Assembly: GCA_003142795.1 (NCBI GenBank)
Contig: PLNN01000024.1
Coordinates: forward strand, 1,078 to 65,077
Length of the DNA stretch: 64,000 nucleotides
Reading direction: 5' to 3'
Source of the DNA: Candidatus Omnitrophota bacterium
GTDB taxonomy: Bacteria > Omnitrophota > Gorgyraeia > 2-01-FULL-45-10
Part shown: in pieces, positions 48,369 through 57,483 of the stretch
How positions within the stretch are numbered: the first letter of the stretch is position 1
Layout of the letters: every line of letters begins with the position of its first letter
Translations under genes and position numbers: made by a program
The notes under the pieces: model-generated
Databases searched by the model: none
Told to the model about the DNA's origin: nothing
The model's input: only the letters and a program-made list of their open reading frames with translations

Positions 48369-49448
48369 ATGATAGACAAGATACTGGAAGAGAAGAAGCG
48401 GCGTTACGACGAACTGCATACGCTCCTGGCAGATCCCAAGGTCATCGCGAATATGCCTGAATATCAGGGGTACGCCAGAGAGCTGTCCGGCCTTACGCCT
48501 ATGGTTAACGAGTATTCTAAATATCTTAAATTAGCCAACGATATAAAGGATCTCGATAAAGTCCTCAGCGATAAGACCCACGATAAGGATTTTTTCGTCC
48601 TCGCCGAAGAGGAGAAGCATAAGCTCGAGGCCCAATTTAAATCTCTCGAAAGCGCGCTTGAAGAGATGATCCTCGAAAAAGAATCCGGCAGCAACCGCAA
48701 CGTAATCCTGGAGATACGCGCCGGCACAGGAGGACTGGAGGCGAGCCTTTTTGCAGCGGACCTCTTACGGATGTACTCGAAATATGCCGGAAAAAAAGGA
48801 TGGACGGTCGAGCTGATCGATTCCAGCGTTACGGAGAAAGGCGGCTATAAAGAAGTCATAGTCGCCATCTCGGGAAAAGGTGCTTATGGTGCCCTTAAAT
48901 TCGAGAGCGGAACACACAGGGTCCAGCGCGTTCCTGATACCGAAGCTTCCGGCCGGATCCATACATCGGCCGCTACGGTCGCTGTGCTGCCTGACGTCGA
49001 GGACGTGGAGATAGACATTAAACCCGAAGAATTGAGAATAGACGTTTTTAGGGCGGGCGGCAAGGGCGGACAGAGCGTTAACAGGACCGACTCTGCTGTG
49101 CGCCTGACCCATATCCCTACCGGTATCGTAGTGACGTGCCAAGACGAACGGTCACAATTGAAAAATAAATCCAAAGCGCTCAAGGTGTTAAAAGCCAGGC
49201 TTTATGATATGAAGAAGAATGAACAGGATTCCAAGATCGCGCAATCTCGCCGCGCCCAGGTCGGCTCAGGCGACAGGTCAGAGAAGATACGGACTTATAA
49301 TTTTCCGGATAGGCGCATCACGGATCACAGGATAGGTTTCAGCGTGCATAATATGGAAGAAGTTCTGGAAGGCGAATTAGACGAACTTATAGGCGCATTG
49401 AAAAAAGAAGAGAGAGAACTCAGGTTGAAAGCGGCATCATTACGATGA
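48369..49448 (+). CDS. prfA: peptide chain release factor 1
   Basis: GGQ motif (RAGGKGGQSVN) and a PxT-type decoding tripeptide (RVPDTE). Confidence 0.9.
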   Translation: MIDKILEEKKRRYDELHTLLADPKVIANMPEYQGYARELSGLTPMVNEYSKYLKLANDIKDLDKVLSDKTHDKDFFVLAEEEKHKLEAQFKSLESALEEMILEKESGSNRNVILEIRAGTGGLEASLFAADLLRMYSKYAGKKGWTVELIDSSVTEKGGYKEVIVAISGKGAYGALKFESGTHRVQRVPDTEASGRIHTSAATVAVLPDVEDVEIDIKPEELRIDVFRAGGKGGQSVNRTDSAVRLTHIPTGIVVTCQDERSQLKNKSKALKVLKARLYDMKKNEQDSKIAQSRRAQVGSGDRSEKIRTYNFPDRRITDHRIGFSVHNMEEVLEGELDELIGALKKEERELRLKAASLR

Positions 49449-50119
49449 AAAGAATAAAACCTCATACGCCGGTGCAATATGTGATGGGCCATGTCCAGTT
49501 CTGCGATCTGGATCTTCTCGTTGACGAGCGGGTCCTCATTCCGCGGCCTGAGACAGAGATATTGGTGGATATTGCATCTGATATCATAAAAGGGGCCGGC
49601 ATCCCGGCTTCAAAGGCCAGGATTCTTGACCTGGGCACGGGTTCCGGCAATATCGCAATTGCGTTGACAAAAAAGATACCTGACTGTAAAATAATCGCTT
49701 CCGACATATCTGGCGGGGCGCTTGAAGTAGCGAAGCTGAATGCCGGCCGGAACGGCGTTTCGGACAGGATCGAATTCATAAAGAGCGATCTTTTCGCGAG
49801 CCTGGACGGTAAGTTTGATATAATCGTCTCGAATCCGCCTTATATTTCACGGCCGGAGTTCGAAAGTTTGCAGAAAGAAGTGCTGATGGAGCCTCACGTT
49901 GCCCTTGACGGCGGCAGCGACGGGCTGGATTTTTATAGAAAGATAATATCAGAAGCCGCCAAGCGCCTGACGAGCGGCGGATATATAATTTTCGAAATAG
50001 GGTTTGCGCAGAAAAAATTGATCTGCCGTATAATTGAAAAGGAAAGCGTCCTGAAGGTGATGCGGGTCGAGATAGACCATAATGAGATAGAAAGAATAGT
50101 CGCTGCAAGGAAAACGTAA
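49445..50119 (+). CDS. prmC: release-factor glutamine N5-methyltransferase PrmC/HemK
   Basis: IVSNPPYI (the NPPY motif) and SAM-binding LDLGTGSG. Overlaps the prfA stop. Confidence 0.85.
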   Translation: MKRIKPHTPVQYVMGHVQFCDLDLLVDERVLIPRPETEILVDIASDIIKGAGIPASKARILDLGTGSGNIAIALTKKIPDCKIIASDISGGALEVAKLNAGRNGVSDRIEFIKSDLFASLDGKFDIIVSNPPYISRPEFESLQKEVLMEPHVALDGGSDGLDFYRKIISEAAKRLTSGGYIIFEIGFAQKKLICRIIEKESVLKVMRVEIDHNEIERIVAARKT

Positions 50120-51384
50120 TGGATAAATTGGTTGTAGAAGGCGGCAAACGGCTGGCAGGGAATGTTACGATAAGCGGGGCAAAGAACTCGTGTCTGCCTA
50201 TTTTGGCGGCGACCCTTCTTTCGGAAGATAGATCCGTTATCAGGAACTGCCCGGATCTTCGTGATATATCGACGATGATCAAGATCCTGAAGAACCTCGG
50301 CGTCAGGGTCCAGCAGGACGGCAGCACAATAACGGTCGAGCCGGGAAATTATAAAAAATATACTGCATCGTATGAGCTTGTCAGCACGATGCGCGCGTCC
50401 GTATGCCTTCTGGGGCCGCTTCTCGCGAAGCAAAGAAAAGCCGAAGTCTCGTTCCCGGGAGGGTGCGTTATAGGTCCCAGGCCGATCGACCTTCACTTAA
50501 AAGGCATGAAAGCGCTGGGCGCGGACCTTAAGGTTGAGCGCGGTTACATCATAGCGGATGCAAAAAATTTAAAAGGCGGTAATGTCTATCTGGGCGGCCA
50601 TTTCGGTTCAAGCGTCCTCGCGACGGGCAACGTAATGATGGCGGCTACGCTCGCAAAAGGCACTACCGTCATAGAGAACGCCGCATGTGAGCCGGAAGTC
50701 ATAGACCTGGCTTGCTTTTTAATCAAGATGGGCGCGCGGATATCAGGCCATGCAACTCATCGTATAGTGGTCGAGGGCGTGAAAAAACTTCATGGCGCGG
50801 AGCACTCCATCATCCCTGACAGGATAGAGGCAGGTACTTACATAATCGCCGCTGCTATAACGAAAGGCGATATAACATTAAAGAATATGGAGCTCGATCA
50901 CCTGGTAGCTGTAACGGATAAATTGATGGAGTCGGGCCTGGAGATAAAAAAGACGATAAGCGGGGTCAGGGCACGATACGTAAAAAAACTTAAGCCCCTC
51001 GACATCATAACGCTTCCGTACCCCGGATTTCCGACGGACCTGCAAGCGCAGTTCATGAGCCTTATGACCGTCACGGACGGGATAAGCGTTATAACGGAAA
51101 AGATATATCCCGAAAGGTTCATCCACATAAGCGAACTGGGCAGGATGGGGGCCGACATACAGTTGGAAGGGCCGAATGCCATAGTGAAAGGCATGAAGTC
51201 ATTAAGCGGCGCGCCTGTGATGGCCAGCGACCTGAGGGCGAGCGCGGCTCTTGTGCTGGCAGGGCTTGTCGCGAAGGGAAGGACAGACGTTCACAGAATA
51301 TATCATCTCGACAGAGGTTACGAGAATATAGAGGCCAAACTTACGAAGTTAGGCGCAAAAGTATGGAGAGAAAAGGAGAAATAA
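50119..51384 (+). CDS. murA: UDP-N-acetylglucosamine 1-carboxyvinyltransferase
   Basis: MDKLVVEGGKRLAGNVTISGAKNSCLPILAA. 421 aa. Confidence 0.95.
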   Translation: MDKLVVEGGKRLAGNVTISGAKNSCLPILAATLLSEDRSVIRNCPDLRDISTMIKILKNLGVRVQQDGSTITVEPGNYKKYTASYELVSTMRASVCLLGPLLAKQRKAEVSFPGGCVIGPRPIDLHLKGMKALGADLKVERGYIIADAKNLKGGNVYLGGHFGSSVLATGNVMMAATLAKGTTVIENAACEPEVIDLACFLIKMGARISGHATHRIVVEGVKKLHGAEHSIIPDRIEAGTYIIAAAITKGDITLKNMELDHLVAVTDKLMESGLEIKKTISGVRARYVKKLKPLDIITLPYPGFPTDLQAQFMSLMTVTDGISVITEKIYPERFIHISELGRMGADIQLEGPNAIVKGMKSLSGAPVMASDLRASAALVLAGLVAKGRTDVHRIYHLDRGYENIEAKLTKLGAKVWREKEK

Positions 51385-51385
51385 T

Positions 51386-51634
51386 ATGGCAGCAGTAATA
51401 AGACTTAAAAGGATGGGCGCGATAAAGAAGCCGGCGCACAGGATAGTGGTAATGAACCGGGAGAGCGCGCGCGATTCAAGGCCGATAGAGATCCTCGGCT
51501 TCTATGATCCTAAAACTAATCCTGCGACCGTCAAAGTGAAAAAAGAGCGTGCCGAATATTGGATCGGCGTAGGCGCGACCCCTTCACCGGCTGTGAGAAC
51601 ACTATTGAAGAAGCAGGGCATCAAGGTCAGATAA
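51386..51634 (+). CDS. rpsP: 30S ribosomal protein S16
   Basis: MAAVIRLKRMGAIKKPAHRIVVM...EILGFYDP. Confidence 0.9.
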   Translation: MAAVIRLKRMGAIKKPAHRIVVMNRESARDSRPIEILGFYDPKTNPATVKVKKERAEYWIGVGATPSPAVRTLLKKQGIKVR

Positions 51635-51652
51635 CACTTAAAGTAGATATTT

Positions 51653-52333
51653 ATGAAAATCGATGTATTAACGCTCTTTCCCAAGATGTTCGAAAATATT
51701 CTGGGTGAATCGATCCTGAAACGCGCCCAGTCTAAAGGGCTCGTTAAGATAAATGTTCACAATTTGAGGGACTGGACGAGCGATAATCATCGTTCGGCCG
51801 ACGATAAGCCGTTCGGCGGCGGCCCGGGAATGGTGATGAAGGTTGAGCCGGTGTATAAAGCCCTAGAAGAATTGAAAATAGAGGCAAGGGTAATATTGCT
51901 TACACCTCAGGGGAAAAAGCTAAATCAGAAAATTGTAAAAGAGTTAGCTAAAGAAAAAAATCTGGTCCTGATCTGCGGGCACTATGAAGGCGTTGACGAA
52001 CGGATACGGGAAATTGCAGATGATGAAATATCGATCGGCGATTACATACTGACGTGCGGGGAGATACCGGCGCTTGTCCTGATAGATTCAGTTGTAAGGC
52101 TTGTCCCGGGCGTCCTGGGCGATGAAGGGTCGAAAATAGAAGAATCTTTTGAAAATAACATGCTGGAATATCCGCAATACACCAGGCCTGCGGATTTTAA
52201 AGGTATGAAAGTGCCGGAAGTCCTGTTGAACGGCGATCATAAAAAAATAGAGAAATGGCGCAAAGACGAGGCATTGAAAAGGACTCGCGAGCGCCGGCCG
52301 GATCTAATAAAGAAAGGGAAGAAAAATGGATAA
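51653..52333 (+). CDS. trmD: tRNA (guanine37-N1)-methyltransferase
   Basis: [13 protein letters not shown] and the SPOUT-fold motifs. Confidence 0.9.
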   Translation: MKIDVLTLFPKMFENILGESILKRAQSKGLVKINVHNLRDWTSDNHRSADDKPFGGGPGMVMKVEPVYKALEELKIEARVILLTPQGKKLNQKIVKELAKEKNLVLICGHYEGVDERIREIADDEISIGDYILTCGEIPALVLIDSVVRLVPGVLGDEGSKIEESFENNMLEYPQYTRPADFKGMKVPEVLLNGDHKKIEKWRKDEALKRTRERRPDLIKKGKKNG

Positions 52334-52724
52334 TAAGTATATGAACCTTGTAGAATCGAAATATCTCAAAAAAGATATCACGAAATTCAATATCGGAGAT
52401 ACCATCGACGTGGCTGTGAAGATCGTCGAAGAAGGTAAGACGCGCCTGCAGACCTTCGAGGGAGTGGTTATAGCGCGAGCAGGATCAGGCCTTACCGAGA
52501 CTTTTACCGTAAGGAAGATATCTTACGGCGAAGGCGTAGAGATGGTATTCCCGCTGCACTCACCGTCTATCGACAAGATAAAGGTAATGAAAAAAGGCGA
52601 TGTTAACCGCGCGAAGCTCTATTATCTGAAACGCAAAGTCGGAAAAGAGACGAAAGTTGACGAAAAGATCACGCACGCGCAAGGCGTCGAGGCAGTTACT
52701 CCTCCACGAGAGGAACCTAAATAA
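52326..52724 (+). CDS. rplS: 50S ribosomal protein L19
   Basis: [30 protein letters not shown]... Confidence 0.9.
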   Translation: MDNKYMNLVESKYLKKDITKFNIGDTIDVAVKIVEEGKTRLQTFEGVVIARAGSGLTETFTVRKISYGEGVEMVFPLHSPSIDKIKVMKKGDVNRAKLYYLKRKVGKETKVDEKITHAQGVEAVTPPREEPK

Positions 52725-53301
52725 TTCCGGCTTTTTATTTATAGCCGGCGTTGACGAAGCGGGCCGCGGCCCTCTGGCCGGTCCTGTTGTCGCAGGCGCG
52801 TGCATATTAAAAACTACCGTTTTTACCGAAGAGATAGACGATTCCAAAAAGCTCACCCCTAAAAAACGCGACAAAGCCTTCCGGGAAATAATCGACAAAT
52901 GTATTGTGGGTATCGGTATCATCGATGAAAAGGTGATCGACGAGATAAATATCTACCGCGCTACTATCCGGGCTATGGAACAGGCGATAGCCACGCTCGA
53001 GAGAGCGCCCGATTACGTGATAGTGGACGGAAGGATGCGTCTTTCCACGAAGTGCCCGATCAGATGCATTATCGGGGGAGACGGCAAAAGTCTTTCTATC
53101 GCGGCAGCGTCTATAATAGCCAAGGTTACCAGAGACCGCATCATGTTAAAATACGACGAATTATATCCTCAATACGGCTTTGCCCGCCACAAAGGTTATG
53201 GCACAAAATTCCACATGCAAGCCCTCAGTAAACACGGCCCATCGCCGATCCACCGTTTCAGCTTCCGGCCTGTCAGAGAGTGTAAATTAAATTCTATTTG
53301 A
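52657..53301 (+). CDS. rnhB: ribonuclease HII
   Basis: [23 protein letters not shown]. The only in-frame start is a TTG at 52657, which overlaps rplS by 68 nt, so the start is uncertain. Confidence 0.8.
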   Translation: MTKRSRTRKASRQLLLHERNLNNSGFLFIAGVDEAGRGPLAGPVVAGACILKTTVFTEEIDDSKKLTPKKRDKAFREIIDKCIVGIGIIDEKVIDEINIYRATIRAMEQAIATLERAPDYVIVDGRMRLSTKCPIRCIIGGDGKSLSIAAASIIAKVTRDRIMLKYDELYPQYGFARHKGYGTKFHMQALSKHGPSPIHRFSFRPVRECKLNSI

Positions 53302-53326
53302 CCCAGCCCCGCCTTTGTATTAAAAT

Positions 53327-53375
53327 AGTTAGCCTATTAGCTTTATATATCATTATTATATATAGCAGGCTAACT
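53327..53375. promoter_or_regulatory. inverted repeat (AGTTAGCCT ... AGGCTAACT) around an AT-rich core, upstream of fhs
   Basis: 9-bp perfect arms flank a 31-nt AT-rich, internally symmetric spacer, about 15 nt before the fhs start. Operator- or attenuator-like. Confidence 0.3.
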
Positions 53376-53390
53376 TAAGATGAGCGGCAA

Positions 53391-55064
53391 GTGAATAGAC
53401 CCAATCTAAAACCCATCGATCGTATAGCAAAAGACCTCGGCATACACGCAAAATATCTCGAACTTTATGGTGACCACAAAGCAAAAATATCATTAGATCT
53501 GCTTGGCGGGCTAAAGTCTGCGAAAAAAGGAAAATATATAGTAGTAACCGGCATAACGCCTACCCATCTTGGGGAGGGTAAGACCGTTACTACTATCGGC
53601 CTTGCCATGGCCCTGAGCAAGGGTAAAGAGAAGGCAGTAGTCTGTATAAGGGAGCCTTCGGTCGGGCCTTTCTTTGGAGTGAAGGGTGGAGGAGTGGGCG
53701 GCGGAAGATGCGAGGTTTTACCCGCCAATGACATAAGTCTTCATCTCACGGGAGATATCCATGCTGTGAGTGCTGCGCATAATCTGTGCGCTGCCTTCAT
53801 AGATAACCATCTTTTTCATGGCAACAGGCTGGGCATAGATAAAGCAAAAATATTCTGGAAACGGGTCGTAGATATAAATGACCGCGCTCTTCGCAGCGTC
53901 AGGATAGGATTGGGCGGCGGCGTGAACGGTATCGAGCGCGATACGCGCTTTGACATAACCGCGGCGAGCGAGCTCATGGCGATACTTGCCTTGTCCGAGT
54001 CGATCGCGGATATGAGGCAGCGGATCGGCAGGATAGTGATCGGCCTGACAAAGAATGGAAAGCCGGTGACCTGCGAAGACCTGAAATGCGCCGGTGCAAT
54101 GGCAGCGCTTCTAACGGATGCGTTAAAGCCGAACCTTGTCCAGACAACTGAAGGGACGCCATGCTTTATTCACACGGGCCCGTTCGCGAACATCACGCAC
54201 GGCAATTCCTCTATCCTGGCGGATAGGATAGCTCTGCCGCTCGCAGATTACGTCGTAACTGAGGCCGGGTTTGGTGCGGATTGCGGCCTGGAAAAGTTCA
54301 TCGATATAAAGTGCAGGGCGAGCGGCCTTAAGCCATTCGTGGTCGTTCTTGTCGCGTCGATAAGGGCGTTAAAGATACACTCCGGCATATATAAGATGGT
54401 CGTGGGCAGATCTCTTGATAAAGAGATCATGGGCGAGAACCTGGACGCCGTTGAAACAGGTTGTTCAAATTTAGAAAAGCAGATAGAGAATGTCAGGGCC
54501 TTCGATCTTCCCTGCGTTGTCGCGGTGAACAAATTCCCCACCGATACGGCCAGGGAACTTGCGATGGTGAAGAGTAAAGCGCTTGAAGCAGGCGCGTTCG
54601 CCTGCGAAGTAAGCGATATGTATAAGCGCGGGTCCGAAGGCGGCAGAGACATCGCGGAGGCCGTCAAAGCGGCTTGCCGCACAAATAATCATTTTAAATT
54701 TTTATATCCGCTGGATATCCCGATAAAGAAAAAGATATTGGTGATAGCAACGAAGATATACGGCGCCAAAGACGTTCGCTATGAGCCGGATGCCGAAAAA
54801 GATATAGCGATATTTGAAAAGTCGGGTTTCGGTGACCTTCCGGTATGCATGGCAAAGACGCACCTATCTTTATCGCATGATCCGCTCTTGAAAGGCGCGC
54901 CGCGGAATTTCACGCTTCCGGTACGGGAAGTGCGTCCGTCTATAGGAGCGGGATTTGTCTACGCCATTTGCGGTAAGACGCTTACGATGCCGGCATTGCC
55001 TTCTCGCCCCGTAGGCGAAAAGATAGATATAGATTCTAAAGGAAGGATGATATATGTACGATAG
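53391..55064 (+). CDS. fhs: formate--tetrahydrofolate ligase
   Basis: GTG start. YIVVTGITPTHLGEGKTVTTIGL and the full FTHFS fold. 557 aa. Confidence 0.9.
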   Translation: MNRPNLKPIDRIAKDLGIHAKYLELYGDHKAKISLDLLGGLKSAKKGKYIVVTGITPTHLGEGKTVTTIGLAMALSKGKEKAVVCIREPSVGPFFGVKGGGVGGGRCEVLPANDISLHLTGDIHAVSAAHNLCAAFIDNHLFHGNRLGIDKAKIFWKRVVDINDRALRSVRIGLGGGVNGIERDTRFDITAASELMAILALSESIADMRQRIGRIVIGLTKNGKPVTCEDLKCAGAMAALLTDALKPNLVQTTEGTPCFIHTGPFANITHGNSSILADRIALPLADYVVTEAGFGADCGLEKFIDIKCRASGLKPFVVVLVASIRALKIHSGIYKMVVGRSLDKEIMGENLDAVETGCSNLEKQIENVRAFDLPCVVAVNKFPTDTARELAMVKSKALEAGAFACEVSDMYKRGSEGGRDIAEAVKAACRTNNHFKFLYPLDIPIKKKILVIATKIYGAKDVRYEPDAEKDIAIFEKSGFGDLPVCMAKTHLSLSHDPLLKGAPRNFTLPVREVRPSIGAGFVYAICGKTLTMPALPSRPVGEKIDIDSKGRMIYVR

Positions 55065-55656
55065 CGGATCGATAAAAGATTACCTTCGCGACCTGTCAGC
55101 AAAATTACCGGCGCCGGGCGGCGGAAGCGCAGCTGCGTTGAGCGCAAGTATTGGCGCAAGCCTTATGTGCATGGTGGCGAATTATACCGTACACAATCCT
55201 AAATATAAAGACGTTGAAGAAAAAGCAGCTGATATTTTAGTAAGGGCCGGTAACTTCAGGGACGAGCTGGAACTTCTGGTGGATAAAGATATTGAGGCGT
55301 ATAAAAAATTGTCGAAGTTGACGAAAGAGTCCGATCCCGCTAAACTTGAAGAGGCGTATAAAGAAGCCCTAAAGCCGCCATTTGAGATATGTAAGGTTGC
55401 AAGCCGCGCCCTGGAGCTTTGCTCCGGCCTTGTGAAGGTCGGGAATAAGAACCTGATAACGGATACTGCGATCGCGGCGATACTGCTTGAGGGGGCATTC
55501 TTCTCCGCGAAATTCAATGTTTATATAAATTTAAAATATATAAAGGACATGGACTATGTAGGCGAGATCCATAAATTACTTGCGCCTCTGGAAGAATCGA
55601 TGCCAAAGCTAAAAGAAGATATCCTTGAAGCATGCGAGGATGTTATATCAAGATAG
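55054..55656 (+). CDS. fchA: methenyl-THF cyclohydrolase, FtcD cyclodeaminase-domain family (FchA-like)
   Basis: LSAKLPAPGGGSAAALSASIGASLMCMV matches the cyclodeaminase/cyclohydrolase family N-terminus. 200 aa. Confidence 0.7.
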   Translation: MYDSGSIKDYLRDLSAKLPAPGGGSAAALSASIGASLMCMVANYTVHNPKYKDVEEKAADILVRAGNFRDELELLVDKDIEAYKKLSKLTKESDPAKLEEAYKEALKPPFEICKVASRALELCSGLVKVGNKNLITDTAIAAILLEGAFFSAKFNVYINLKYIKDMDYVGEIHKLLAPLEESMPKLKEDILEACEDVISR

Positions 55657-55665
55657 GGGGATCGA

Positions 55666-56523
55666 ATGGCGGCAAAGCTATTGGAAGGAAAAGCGATCGC
55701 GGAAAAATTGAAAGCGGTGGTAAGACAGGAAGTTGATTTGCTTAGGGCAAAGCAGAATAGAGCTCCGAAGCTTATTGCACTTCAGATAGGCGAGAACGCA
55801 TCGTCCGCGGTTTACGTCAAGGCGCAGAGGAAAGTGGCCGAGTCACTGGGGATAGAATACTGGTTAGAAACTTTGCCCGACACTATTTCTCAGGCCGAGG
55901 CGGAACAAAAGATAAGCGACTTTAATAAAGACCATAGTATCACAGCCATTATAGTGCAATTGCCGGTTCCAAAGGGAATTGACGCCAAAAAGCTAGCTAA
56001 CACGATCTGGCCTGCGAAAGATGCTGAAGGCATGCATCCGCAGAATCTGGGCAGGATCCTGCTCGGTAATTACAAAATAGGCCCGTGCACTGCGATGGCA
56101 GTCATGGAACTGCTTGAGAGTACAGGCGAAAAGCTATACGGTAAAGAAGCCGTTATTGTCGGGCATTCAGAGATAGTGGGAAAGCCCTTGGCGCTCATGC
56201 TTCTCAATAAGTTAGCGACTACCACGGTTTGTCATATCGCTACGGGCGAACGCGGCGTCCTGGCCGATCACGTAAAACGCGCTGAGATACTTGTAGTCGC
56301 TGTCGGTAAGGCAGGGATCATAAAAGGCGATTGGGTGAAACCGGGCGCGGTCGTTGTTGATGTCGGAATAAATAGAGTCGGCGACAAAATCGTGGGTGAT
56401 GTCGAATTTGAAGCTGCGTCGCAGAGGGCCTCGTACATTACGCCTGTGCCTGGCGGAGTCGGGCCGATCACCACCACTATTCTTATGAGGAATACTGTAG
56501 AACTATTCAAAATAAGCTTTTAG
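55666..56523 (+). CDS. folD: bifunctional 5,10-methylene-THF dehydrogenase / methenyl-THF cyclohydrolase
   Basis: MAAKLLEGKAIAEK..., the YVKAQRK motif, and the GHSEIVGKP Rossmann loop. Confidence 0.9.
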   Translation: MAAKLLEGKAIAEKLKAVVRQEVDLLRAKQNRAPKLIALQIGENASSAVYVKAQRKVAESLGIEYWLETLPDTISQAEAEQKISDFNKDHSITAIIVQLPVPKGIDAKKLANTIWPAKDAEGMHPQNLGRILLGNYKIGPCTAMAVMELLESTGEKLYGKEAVIVGHSEIVGKPLALMLLNKLATTTVCHIATGERGVLADHVKRAEILVVAVGKAGIIKGDWVKPGAVVVDVGINRVGDKIVGDVEFEAASQRASYITPVPGGVGPITTTILMRNTVELFKISF

Positions 56524-56579
56524 CTTACAGCTTACAGTAAAAGCTTTTCCTGTGCGCTGTAATCTGTAAGCTGTTAGCT
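56522..56579. promoter_or_regulatory. 16-bp near-perfect inverted repeat (AGCTTACAGCTTACAG ... CTGTAAGCTGTTAGCT) between folD and metF
   Basis: One mismatch in 16 bp and a 26-nt loop that is itself palindromic (AAAAGCTTTT). No downstream T-run. Confidence 0.35.
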
Positions 56580-56601
56580 AAGCGAAGGGTTGGAGAGGAA
56601 T

Positions 56602-57474
56602 ATGACTTTCTGTGAAAAGATCAAGGCCGGTAAATTCATCGTTACAAGCGAGATCGGGCCCCCGAAAGGGACAGACGTAAAAGAGATGCTCGAGGACGCG
56701 GATCTTATTAAGAATAAGGTCGATGCGATCAATGTTACTGATCTGCAGAGTTCTGTAATGCGGGTGGGTTCACTGGCCGTGTGCCGGCTTCTTCTGGATA
56801 GAGGTATTACCCCAATATTTCAGATGACTTGCCGCGACAGGAACAGGCTTGCTCTTCAATCCGATCTTTTATCGGCAAGCATCCTCGGGATAGAAAATGT
56901 TTTGCTCCTGACAGGCGATTATCCAAGCCTCGGCGATCACCCGGAAGCAAAGCCTGTATTCGATCTGGGGAGCGTCCAGCTATTGGATGTTGCGAAGACA
57001 TTGCAGGAAGGTAAGGATATGAAGGGTAATGCGCTAAAGGGCGCGCCTAAATTCTGCATGGGCGCGGTAGTGAATCCTGGAGCGGACCCTCTTGAGCCTG
57101 AGATACTGAAGATGGAAAAGAAAGTAGAGGCAGGCGCGCAATTTTTCCAGACGCAGGCCGTTTACGATATCGATCTGTATAAAAGATTTCTGGATGCTAT
57201 TAAGCATATACAAGTGCCTGTATTTGCGGGAATAGTCCTTTTAAAATCTGCCGGAATGGCAAGATATATGAATAAGAACGTTGCCGGTGTTTTTGTGCCG
57301 GACAACCTGATAAAAGAGATGGAAGAGACGAAAGACAAGGCCGTGAAATCGATCGAGATAGCCGCGCGCCTGATAAAAGAATTAAAGCCTCTATGCAGAG
57401 GCATTCATATCATGCCGATAGGATGGGATAAAAAAGTGCCGCAAGTGTTGGATGCGGCAGGATTATCAGAATAG
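56602..57474 (+). CDS. metF: 5,10-methylenetetrahydrofolate reductase (MetF-like)
   Basis: The TIM-barrel MetF family N-terminus (FIVTSEIGPPKG) with FFQTQAVYD. The ATG at 56602 follows GGAGAGG. Confidence 0.8.
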   Translation: MTFCEKIKAGKFIVTSEIGPPKGTDVKEMLEDADLIKNKVDAINVTDLQSSVMRVGSLAVCRLLLDRGITPIFQMTCRDRNRLALQSDLLSASILGIENVLLLTGDYPSLGDHPEAKPVFDLGSVQLLDVAKTLQEGKDMKGNALKGAPKFCMGAVVNPGADPLEPEILKMEKKVEAGAQFFQTQAVYDIDLYKRFLDAIKHIQVPVFAGIVLLKSAGMARYMNKNVAGVFVPDNLIKEMEETKDKAVKSIEIAARLIKELKPLCRGIHIMPIGWDKKVPQVLDAAGLSE

Positions 57475-57483
57475 GAGAACGAG

